This document shows, piece by piece, positions 1 to 7,686 of a DNA stretch of 64,000 bases. The notes beneath the pieces were generated by a model, which was not told where the DNA came from, did no database searches, and saw only the letters and a program-made list of their open reading frames with translations. Where the stretch lies: positions 29,452 through 93,451 of the forward strand of contig DAYD01000021.1 in assembly GCA_002506755.1 (NCBI GenBank), in the 5' to 3' direction. The position numbers were made by a program, and so were the translations under genes. Origin of the DNA: Euryarchaeota archaeon UBA462. GTDB taxonomy: Archaea; Thermoplasmatota; Poseidoniia; Poseidoniales; Thalassarchaeaceae. How positions within the stretch are numbered: the stretch's first letter is position 1; the number at the start of each line of letters is the position of its first letter.

Positions 1-938
1 TCAGTAGTATGGGGGAACGGTGTGTCCCACCCAGTCACCCTCTCAATCGGGCTTTCCAAGCTGTAGAAACACCTTTCTTGAATCGACGCTGCCATTTCCG
101 CTCCAAATCCACTGGTTTTTGGGGCTTCGTGGACAATAACGCAACGCCCAGTCTTCTCGACAGAGTTTGTTATCGCATCCCTGTCCCATGGTACCAGACT
201 CTGAAGATCTATCAGATCACAAGAGATGCCGCTTTCCTCTATTGCCCTCTCGCATACATGGACCATCGCCCCCCAGGCAATGACAGTACATCTTTCCCCT
301 TCCATAGCCAATCTAGCCTTTCCCAATTGGATACTATAGTGTTCCTCTGGAACTTCAGCTTCGGGATGATTCGCCCATGTTGGGACCTTATGAGGGTCGC
401 CATAGAATGGGCCCCTATAGCATCTCTTGGGCTCAAAAAATATAACTGGGTCATTGCATTCTATTGAGCTGATCAGCAGACCCTTGGCATTGTATGGTGT
501 CGAACAATATACTACCTTCAAACCGGGGGTGTGGGTAAACTGAGACTCGGGTGACTGTGAGTGATGATGCCCCCCCCTAATTCCTCCTCCCGCAGGTGTC
601 CTGAGTGTCACCGGGGACCAAAACTCTCCTCCTGAACGATGTCTTATCTTTGCTATCTCATTAACTATCTGATCATAGGCGGGAAAAATATAGTCAGCGA
701 ATTGAATTTCCACTACGGGCCTCAGTCCATTCAAGCCCATTCCAAATGCCGTAGCAGCAATTCCACCTTCGGATAGTGGGGTGTCGAAGACTCGATGGTC
801 ACCGTGTCTTTCTTGCAGACCATCAGTAGTTCTGAAAACTCCTCCGAAGTAACCTACGTCCTCGCCAAAAATAATCACATCTCTGTCTCGATCAAGCATT
901 ATATCCAGAGCGCTATTGAGTGATTGAATCATATTCAT
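1..938 (-). CDS. 2-oxoacid (pyruvate/branched-chain) dehydrogenase E1 component, beta subunit; C-terminus cut by the window edge
   Basis: Absent from the ORF track because it runs off the window. Hand translation of the minus strand from the ATG at 938 gives MNMIQSLNSALDIMLDRDRDVIIFGEDVGYFGG. Near position 1 it reads LESPIERVTGWDTPFPHTT. Both are classic E1-beta blocks. The start lies 11 nt after the E1-alpha stop. Confidence 0.85.
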   Translation of the reverse strand, partial: MNMIQSLNSALDIMLDRDRDVIIFGEDVGYFGGVFRTTDGLQERHGDHRVFDTPLSEGGIAATAFGMGLNGLRPVVEIQFADYIFPAYDQIVNEIAKIRHRSGGEFWSPVTLRTPAGGGIRGGHHHSQSPESQFTHTPGLKVVYCSTPYNAKGLLISSIECNDPVIFFEPKRCYRGPFYGDPHKVPTWANHPEAEVPEEHYSIQLGKARLAMEGERCTVIAWGAMVHVCERAIEESGISCDLIDLQSLVPWDRDAITNSVEKTGRCVIVHEAPKTSGFGAEMAASIQERCFYSLESPIERVTGWDTPFPHTT

Positions 939-949
939 ATTCGGCAAAT

Positions 950-2185
950 TTACTCCTCCATCATTTGGTCGTGCTGTTCTTTTAGGTGCCAGGGAATTTC
1001 CTCGTACACCTCTGTAAATATGGTGTCTGATGATGGATATGGTCCGTTGGCCAAATCCCCGTACTTTACTGCCTCCTTGTAGGCATCAACTACCTCGCTA
1101 TCCATCCTCGATTCAAGCTCATCTTGCCTTTCATCACTCCACTCTCCAATCTGAATCAAGTGGTCTTTAAGCCTCAAAACCGGGTCCCCCCCTGGCCATT
1201 TGGTATGTTCATCTCCGGGGCGATACCTACTAGGATCGTCACTGCTGCTATGAGCTCCCGCTCTGTATGTCAATACCTCGATGTGCGTAGCACCCAATCC
1301 TGCCGAAGCCCTATCCCTTGCCCATTTTGTAACCGAATAGAGGGCTAGGAAATCATTTCCGTCCACTCTAATTGATGCCAGACCGTAAGGAAGCCCTCTT
1401 GTAGCGAAATTGCCTTTCCCCGTCGCAAAATTTGCATGGGTTGAAATTGCCCATTGGTTGTTTACCAAGTTTAAAATCACAGGAGCATTGTAAACACTTG
1501 CAAAATTTAGCGCATAATGGTAGTCTCCCTCTGCACTCGCCCCATCTCCTATCCATGTGATGGTCACTTCATCTAGTCCCTTGTGCTTAGATGCCAAAGC
1601 AACTCCTACCGCCTGACTGAATTGAGTTCCCACTGGGCTTGATATCGAGATGAACCTGCCATCTCTATAGGAGTAATGAACAGGCATCTGCCTCCCTTTT
1701 ATGTTGTCTTCTTCGTTTCCGATACAGTGACAGATCATGCTAACCATGTCCCTACCTCGTACGAATTGGGCACCGGGTTGCCTATACGTTGGGAAAATCC
1801 AGTCATTTTGATCTAACGCCATGGTCTGAGCTATAGCAACTGCCTCTTCTCCGAAAGATCTCATGTAGAAAGATAACAAACCCGTCCTTTGCATTTTCAT
1901 CATCCTATCATCAAATATACGAAGCCTGACCATATGCTCAAGACCCAATCTGAGAACCTCTGGGTCCAATTCAGGGTCCCATTCCCCGGAGGCTTCTCCT
2001 TTGTCGTCAAGTACCCTTACCAAGCCATTTGCAAGATGTGTCGTTTCATCATATGTACAAGTTGTAGCTTCGGGCTTGCTTAGATCCCCTGGCTTCCATG
2101 TCCAAGAATCAAAACTCGATACTTCCCCCGGCCTAAAAGGAGCATCCGGGACCTCAATTTTCGATTCGTTAATATCGGAGCTCAT
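950..2185 (-). CDS. 2-oxoacid dehydrogenase E1 component, alpha subunit (TPP-dependent)
   Basis: 411-aa ORF with the TPP-binding block GDGASAEGDYHYALNFASVYNAPVILNLVNNQWAIST and a YRAGAHSSSDDPSRYR block typical of E1-alpha. It sits directly upstream of E1-beta. Confidence 0.9.
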   Translation of the reverse strand: MSSDINESKIEVPDAPFRPGEVSSFDSWTWKPGDLSKPEATTCTYDETTHLANGLVRVLDDKGEASGEWDPELDPEVLRLGLEHMVRLRIFDDRMMKMQRTGLLSFYMRSFGEEAVAIAQTMALDQNDWIFPTYRQPGAQFVRGRDMVSMICHCIGNEEDNIKGRQMPVHYSYRDGRFISISSPVGTQFSQAVGVALASKHKGLDEVTITWIGDGASAEGDYHYALNFASVYNAPVILNLVNNQWAISTHANFATGKGNFATRGLPYGLASIRVDGNDFLALYSVTKWARDRASAGLGATHIEVLTYRAGAHSSSDDPSRYRPGDEHTKWPGGDPVLRLKDHLIQIGEWSDERQDELESRMDSEVVDAYKEAVKYGDLANGPYPSSDTIFTEVYEEIPWHLKEQHDQMMEE

Positions 2186-2207
2186 ACAAATTACACCCTA
2201 TTTCCAC

Positions 2208-3302
2208 TCATGACGTTTGGCCTTTGACAACTACCGTTTCTTCATTAAGAAACAGATGACTTACTGCGGATCCTGTGGAATCTCTAGTGACTACTGGCTC
2301 TCCACCGATGGCCTCTTCCCATAACAATCCAGCCCTGTAGCTTGATCTAACCAACGGGCCACTGGCAACTGCCCTAAATCCTAAGTTTCTGGCAATATGG
2401 TCCCAGTCTGCAAACTTATCAGGCTCTGGGAACCTATCAATTGGAATATGTTTGTAGCTAGGTTGCAGGTACTGTCCCAAAGTCACCATGTCCACTCCTG
2501 ATTCCCTTATCTTCCGTAAAGCCTGCTCTACTTCCCCATCAGACTCTCCTAGGCCTACCATAAGACTAGTTTTGGTTAGTAGGTCGGGCCGTAGAATTTT
2601 AGCAGATTCTAGAATCTCCAATGATTGGTCGAACGATGCTCTCGGGTCTCTAACCAATGAATCCAATCTCGGCACGCACTCAACATTGTGGGCGAACACT
2701 TTCAATGGAAGATTTTCCAGAAGCAACTCAAGAGCTTCCTTGTTCCCATCCAAGTCAGAGCAAAGCAGCTCTATTCCGACCTCGGGATTTCTATTCCTTA
2801 TCTCGAGAATACAATTGCGATAATGAAGAGCCCCACCGTCAGATAGGTCATCCCTGTTTACCACAGTAATAACCGCATAACTTAACCCCATCTTGTAAAT
2901 CGCATCTGCAAGCTCCAAAGGCTCATTTTGATCTAACTTTGGCGGGGTCTTCACCGTTCCGACTGCGCAGAATCTGCAACCCCTTGTGCAAACATCTCCC
3001 GCAATCATGAATGTGGCAGTTCCCCTCCCCCAACAATCATGTACGTTTGGACACCGAGCTTCTTCGCATACGGTATTCAAACCATGTTGGTTTACGTTAT
3101 TTTTAGTTCCGTTGAATCTATCTTGAGAATCGCCGGTTGGTAGGGAGGTCTTGAACCATTCAGGAAGCCTTTTTCTCATTGATTTCCTCTTCTGCAAGGA
3201 GTTAGAAATATGACCATCGGAACACGCATTTCTATCGCTGTTCGAGGAGTCGATAGTCGGTAACCGCCTCTCCATTACAACCACCGGGCGAAAGTACGAC
3301 AT
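2208..3302 (-). CDS. lipA: lipoyl synthase (radical SAM)
   Basis: Contains CEEARCPNVHDCW (auxiliary cluster) and the radical-SAM motif CTRGCRFC. It is adjacent to the lipoate-dependent E1 genes. The first 41 aa look like an over-extension; internal ATGs at 3275 or 3179 (MRKRLPEWFK) are more typical LipA starts. Confidence 0.9.
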   Translation of the reverse strand: MSYFRPVVVMERRLPTIDSSNSDRNACSDGHISNSLQKRKSMRKRLPEWFKTSLPTGDSQDRFNGTKNNVNQHGLNTVCEEARCPNVHDCWGRGTATFMIAGDVCTRGCRFCAVGTVKTPPKLDQNEPLELADAIYKMGLSYAVITVVNRDDLSDGGALHYRNCILEIRNRNPEVGIELLCSDLDGNKEALELLLENLPLKVFAHNVECVPRLDSLVRDPRASFDQSLEILESAKILRPDLLTKTSLMVGLGESDGEVEQALRKIRESGVDMVTLGQYLQPSYKHIPIDRFPEPDKFADWDHIARNLGFRAVASGPLVRSSYRAGLLWEEAIGGEPVVTRDSTGSAVSHLFLNEETVVVKGQTS

Positions 3303-3349
3303 TAACCGTTTTCTAGATATGTCCTTGCTGGAATATTACCAATTGTAAA

Positions 3350-4135
3350 ATGTATCACTCTCTCCGGACTGCCATGGCAGAGACAGTTCTTGTTACCGGA
3401 GGGGCAAAAAGGATAGGAAGGCAGATATGCCTAGGACTAGCAGAAGCAGGCTTCTCCGTCGTTGTACATCATAGAAATTCAGAAGAAGAATCCTCGGAAT
3501 TGGTCGATCAAATCAGATCTTTGGGCTCTGAAGCAGAATCTGTTAGGTGTGATCTTTCCGAACCGGGTGCAACCTCGCAGCTAATTTCTAAATCAGTTGA
3601 TCTGATGGGACCTATATCTCACTTAGTAAACAACGCTTCAGTGTTTGAGCATGACGATATCCACAGCATGAACGAAACCTCTTGGGATTTGCACCTGTCC
3701 GTTAACGCAAAGGCCCAAACGATGTTGATTCAGTCTCTCGCGCGAGAGTTCTCTGGTCGCGAAAATAGGGGATCTGTAGTGAATATTCTAGACCAAAAAA
3801 TAGCATCCCCCAATCCGGATCATCTGTCCTACACGGCATCTAGGTTTGCTATGATGGGATTGACCGAGGTTTTGGCAAGGGGTTTGGCACCTTCAATCAG
3901 GGTTAATGGGGTTGCTCCAGGCCATACAATCGCGAGTCCCGAACAAACAGAAGAGGGTTTCAGAATCGCACAAGCAGAGTCCCCTCTTGGAACAGGCCCG
4001 ACTCCTGAAGATGTAGCAGATGCGGTATTGTTCCTAATAAATGCCAAATCAGTGACAGGACAGATTATTTTCGTGGATTCTGGAGAGAGATTTCTCAATA
4101 GGAACAGGGACGTAGTATTCGAAACGGAGGATTAA
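3350..4135 (+). CDS. pteridine reductase / FolM-like short-chain dehydrogenase
   Basis: 261-aa SDR whose glycine motif is TGGAKRIG. This is the TGX3RXG variant characteristic of PTR1/FolM, rather than TGX3GXG. It has the NNAS block. The catalytic Y161 is followed by R165 (YTASR) instead of the usual YxxxK. Confidence 0.75.
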   Translation: MYHSLRTAMAETVLVTGGAKRIGRQICLGLAEAGFSVVVHHRNSEEESSELVDQIRSLGSEAESVRCDLSEPGATSQLISKSVDLMGPISHLVNNASVFEHDDIHSMNETSWDLHLSVNAKAQTMLIQSLAREFSGRENRGSVVNILDQKIASPNPDHLSYTASRFAMMGLTEVLARGLAPSIRVNGVAPGHTIASPEQTEEGFRIAQAESPLGTGPTPEDVADAVLFLINAKSVTGQIIFVDSGERFLNRNRDVVFETED

Positions 4136-4137
4136 GT

Positions 4138-4569
4138 TTGCCAGATTTAGAAGGAGCTCTGTCCAGTCTGGTTTCACTTACTGAAGGTCAAGCGAATATC
4201 ATTTTTCTGGAAAATGCGGAAAGAGAGATAGAAGTGGGCGTCCATGAATTCGAGTTTGGGTCTAAGCAAAGGGTAGTCTTCGACATTTATGTGGCTCATT
4301 TGGCAGAAGAGGAATCCCAATTCCTGAAAATAGAAGACGTGGTTGACTACGAATACTTGCTCGATTCTCTGGACCAGGTAATTGGTGCGGGCAGATTCGG
4401 ACTCGTCGAACAAATAGCCGATGAATTGCTAGACTATGTTCTGAGCCCCAAGCAAACTCTGGCGGCTACGGTCAAAATTACGAAAATTGAAGTTCCAAAT
4501 GCAAAAGGTGACCTGGGTTGTTGCTTAACGCGGTTAAAGAGTCAAGATGGTGCAGGGGATGGGATTTGA
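4138..4569 (+). CDS. dihydroneopterin aldolase/epimerase family protein (FolB/FolX-like)
   Basis: The stretch IIFLENAEREIEVGVHEFEFGSKQRVVFDIYV, followed by VDYEYL and LVEQIADELLDYVL, matches the FolB/FolX tunnel-fold pattern. The TTG start at 4138 is preceded by GGAGG (4126-4130) at 7-nt spacing. It begins 2 nt after the SDR stop. Confidence 0.6.
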   Translation: MPDLEGALSSLVSLTEGQANIIFLENAEREIEVGVHEFEFGSKQRVVFDIYVAHLAEEESQFLKIEDVVDYEYLLDSLDQVIGAGRFGLVEQIADELLDYVLSPKQTLAATVKITKIEVPNAKGDLGCCLTRLKSQDGAGDGI

Positions 4570-4633
4570 ACCCATGAAGCACTATGCACCGGAGCTTAAG
4601 TCCGGCCCCTTTGACCAGCTCGGGTACCCCTGC
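4548..4633 (-). tRNA. tRNA-Leu, anticodon UAA, class II with long variable arm, genomically encoded CCA
   Basis: The reverse complement folds by hand. Acceptor GCAGGGG pairs with CCCCTGC. D stem CCC/GGG. Anticodon stem CCGGA/TCCGG with loop CTTAAGC. 13-nt variable arm. T arm ATGGG-TTCAAAT-CCCAT. Discriminator A followed by CCA. Confidence 0.9.
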
Positions 4634-4734
4634 GGGTTGTTCGGGCTCGACTTTCGATTTCAACCGAGCGGAAAAAAACGTGCAATAACTGATGCATTGT
4701 ATGCTCCAACCTCCCGAACTCTTTAACATCCCGA

Positions 4735-7686
4735 ATGCGGCGCACATTCGTGAGAATCGGGGAATCCTGTCTGGCAAATCGGATGCCTTGCACTGCAGTG
4801 ACCATTGTTTTGGTTTTACTCCTGCCTCTTGGGGCCTCGTTTGAATATGAAACATTAGACGAATCAAAAGTTTTTGCGGCCTCAGGGAGCGCTCCAGATG
4901 CCAACCTGTACAAGTTATACTTTACAGAACCGGGGCAGAACATGTCATCAGGAATGGATGGACTTATTTCCACTAGGCCTCCTTCTGCCAACGAGGATCA
5001 AATAGTAGCGAGCGCCCTTGATGACGATGTCCAATTCATGACTATTGGGCTGATGTCATCAATGGATTTTTTTGGGAGAAAATTCCATTCCAATGATTCT
5101 TACTATATGCCAGTCGAGCTCTTCATGAAGGCAGAAGGGCCTCAAAACTCGAACATTGATTGGACTGTATCAATTATGACCACATCAGGCTCTATTGGTA
5201 GCACAACCTTTTCCGGATCAGTTTGCACATCTTCTTGGCAAAGCTCCTGTGACTTTGATCATGAAATAATTGAAGTTGGAATTGGCGGCTCGGAATCCTT
5301 CAGGGTGAAACAGAACGAGAGACTAATCATCAAAGTAAGAGCTAGTATGTCTGGATGTGATGGGAGCGATAGTCCGTTTGGAGGATCCGACTGCACTGCT
5401 GATATCGCATTCAACAAAATCGACAATGAGGACAATAAGTTTTCGAAGCTAGAAGCTAACGGCAACGCCCTGATTAATAGCATAATAAAGGTCCAAAGAA
5501 ATGGTGCAAACATAGCAGAATCATCAGAATTGGATTGGTACCCTAACGATGTTTTGGAGGACAGAGAGATGCAGTTCTCAATCGATGCAATGAGTTCTTT
5601 CGGACGAAGTGACATATCTAGGGTTGACATCCTGATGCGAGGTCCTGACGGGGATTATGAGGTAGACGAGAGGATTACTGGCGATATGGAAGATATAGTC
5701 GACTCGAGTAATGGGATTTATGGTACATATTTACACACCTACAGGAGTGGACTTCCATCTGGCGAATACACAGTTTCCCTAAGGGTAAGTGATGTAGGGG
5801 GGAACGAGATAGAAATCGAACACGAACCAATAGACATGCACCAGTTCGGGGTTTCCATTAAGGAGACAAATGGTAACAATGTGATTTTTGTAGCCCCTGA
5901 GAAGGTAATCCCAATTACCATGCAACTTGTCCATAGGGGCGACTCCACCAAGTCAATGTTAGTTCACTTGGAAGTTTTAACAGATCTCGGCTCCTCCTGG
6001 CTGATCGAATTTGACTCTCCCGAAGGTTATGAGATGAGCTCCGGGGGGACTATCCTCAATCCCACAATGACCCTTACTTCCCCAGACGATCTAACCGGTA
6101 TGCCCAAGAAGATCGAGATTAGAGCTGTCGCAGAGGCGGATGTCGAGGGCGTGATATCGGTAGTTCACCAAGATACTCTTACCTTGAACGTGGAAAAAAT
6201 TGACGCAAACCAACCCCCAGTAGTATCCATCTGGGATGAGGATCACAAGATACCGATAGCCAACTCCTCGAGGGGCGATGTTCTCGACTCCTCAATTCCA
6301 AGGTTTGCTGAGTACGGGGAGTTCAATCCGTTCATACTTGAGATTTTCAACTCCGGATTTGATTCTGACTCTTTCAGGATAGACATTGTGAAAAGATCCA
6401 AGGCGATTTTTCAATTATTTGACAATCGAACAGGTTTGAGGATTGAACAAGATGAGGGTGACGGCACCTTCCATACCACGCTTCTAGAAAGGCACAATAC
6501 AATGGTTCTGATTCTCGGAGTTAAGCCGAGTGTTGATAGGGAGGACGAAGACATCGGAGAAGTAGAACTAGAGGTCATCAGCAGTGAAGATGCGTCGGTC
6601 AAGACAACGGTGTCATTTACGATTCAGAGAACATATGGCATTAGGGGCGAGATATCCCAGGATTGTGATGGCACTCCTCTTGGTCACATGAAGGTCTCGT
6701 TGTGTTCTCCCGGTCAAAACAATCCTTACATGGAATTTAGGGCTAGAATAACCAATAGCGATACCGAGCTAGATGCAGCTTCGTGGTGGCTTCTTCAAGA
6801 GCCTCAAGACCTGTCAATAAACACTGATAGAAATCCAGCATATGGGAATTGGGTTTTCGAGATAAGGGACACAGATGGAAATAGCCTCCCGAGAATATCG
6901 CTAGGACCTGGTGACTTCACAGAGGTTCAAATTACTGCAGAATTAACAAGTCAGGTTGAAGCTGGCAACCATACTGTTTTCTTGAGGATAGTTGAAGAAA
7001 CTGAGGAAGATGAACCGAGGTATTTCGATCTCCCAATCACATTCGAGGTAGAGTCAGACCAGCCTATGTTGCAAATCGTTCAGAAGGATCCGAACTCAAG
7101 ACTCTCTCCCGGTAATGAATATTCGATCAGGATGGAAGTACAGAACGATGGTAATAGCCCAATGACTGTTCTCCTCAGTGCAGATGTAGAAAGCTCTGGA
7201 TGGGATGTGAGCATAGGTGGGCTATCTGGCTCGCCATTAATCGAAATCGAGGCCTTCGGAAGTGCGACTTTCACCTTAGAAATATCTGTGCCCGAGTCTG
7301 CAAACAATGGTGATGAAATACCCATAGTTATTTCCGCAACTCCTCTGGACACCGAGCAAAGCTTTTCTGAGTCCCAAACCGCTAAATTTACACTCACCGC
7401 AATGGTAGAAATTGGCTCATTTAGCCAGATAATCGCGAATGAGATAAGTCATCCTAGGCCTATTACCTTAGTTCTTTTGGTTGTGGGTACAATCCTCCTT
7501 TTTGCTGGGGTTCAAACAAGATTGAATAGGAGGAGATGGGCAAAACAGATGAAGATGATTGAATCCTTGTCTGAGGTAGAGGAAGAAGACCCAAATAAAG
7601 AAACGCAAATACCGGCTCCAGTGACCTTGCCGGAAGAGCCAGAACCCGTGGACAGATATGATGACGAAGATGTGGAGCTAATTTGA
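4735..7686 (+). CDS. large surface protein with CARDB/NEW3-like Ig-fold repeats, C-terminal TM anchor and acidic cytoplasmic tail
   Basis: 983-aa ORF with an N-terminal hydrophobic signal (MPCTAVTIVLVLLLPLGAS; the alternative start is 4783). Segments such as EYSIRMEVQNDGNSPMTVLLSADVESSGWDVS and ATFTLEISVPESANNGDEIPIVISA are typical of CARDB/NEW3 domains. TM helix LVLLVVGTILLFAGV is followed by an E/D-rich tail. Confidence 0.65.
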   Translation: MRRTFVRIGESCLANRMPCTAVTIVLVLLLPLGASFEYETLDESKVFAASGSAPDANLYKLYFTEPGQNMSSGMDGLISTRPPSANEDQIVASALDDDVQFMTIGLMSSMDFFGRKFHSNDSYYMPVELFMKAEGPQNSNIDWTVSIMTTSGSIGSTTFSGSVCTSSWQSSCDFDHEIIEVGIGGSESFRVKQNERLIIKVRASMSGCDGSDSPFGGSDCTADIAFNKIDNEDNKFSKLEANGNALINSIIKVQRNGANIAESSELDWYPNDVLEDREMQFSIDAMSSFGRSDISRVDILMRGPDGDYEVDERITGDMEDIVDSSNGIYGTYLHTYRSGLPSGEYTVSLRVSDVGGNEIEIEHEPIDMHQFGVSIKETNGNNVIFVAPEKVIPITMQLVHRGDSTKSMLVHLEVLTDLGSSWLIEFDSPEGYEMSSGGTILNPTMTLTSPDDLTGMPKKIEIRAVAEADVEGVISVVHQDTLTLNVEKIDANQPPVVSIWDEDHKIPIANSSRGDVLDSSIPRFAEYGEFNPFILEIFNSGFDSDSFRIDIVKRSKAIFQLFDNRTGLRIEQDEGDGTFHTTLLERHNTMVLILGVKPSVDREDEDIGEVELEVISSEDASVKTTVSFTIQRTYGIRGEISQDCDGTPLGHMKVSLCSPGQNNPYMEFRARITNSDTELDAASWWLLQEPQDLSINTDRNPAYGNWVFEIRDTDGNSLPRISLGPGDFTEVQITAELTSQVEAGNHTVFLRIVEETEEDEPRYFDLPITFEVESDQPMLQIVQKDPNSRLSPGNEYSIRMEVQNDGNSPMTVLLSADVESSGWDVSIGGLSGSPLIEIEAFGSATFTLEISVPESANNGDEIPIVISATPLDTEQSFSESQTAKFTLTAMVEIGSFSQIIANEISHPRPITLVLLVVGTILLFAGVQTRLNRRRWAKQMKMIESLSEVEEEDPNKETQIPAPVTLPEEPEPVDRYDDEDVELI

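Noticed and set aside
9-467. 152-aa plus-strand ORF at the left edge, and the 71-aa minus-strand ORF 239..454
   Set aside because: Both lie inside the well-supported minus-strand E1-beta reading frame (1..938) and in other frames. Their sequences are low-complexity and carry no motif. They are shadow ORFs.
4478-4991. Minus-strand ORFs 4478..4867 and 4596..4991 spanning the tRNA and the start of the 983-aa gene
   Set aside because: They overlap a confidently folded tRNA-Leu and the signal-peptide region of the plus-strand gene. They have no motifs and a basic, low-complexity composition.
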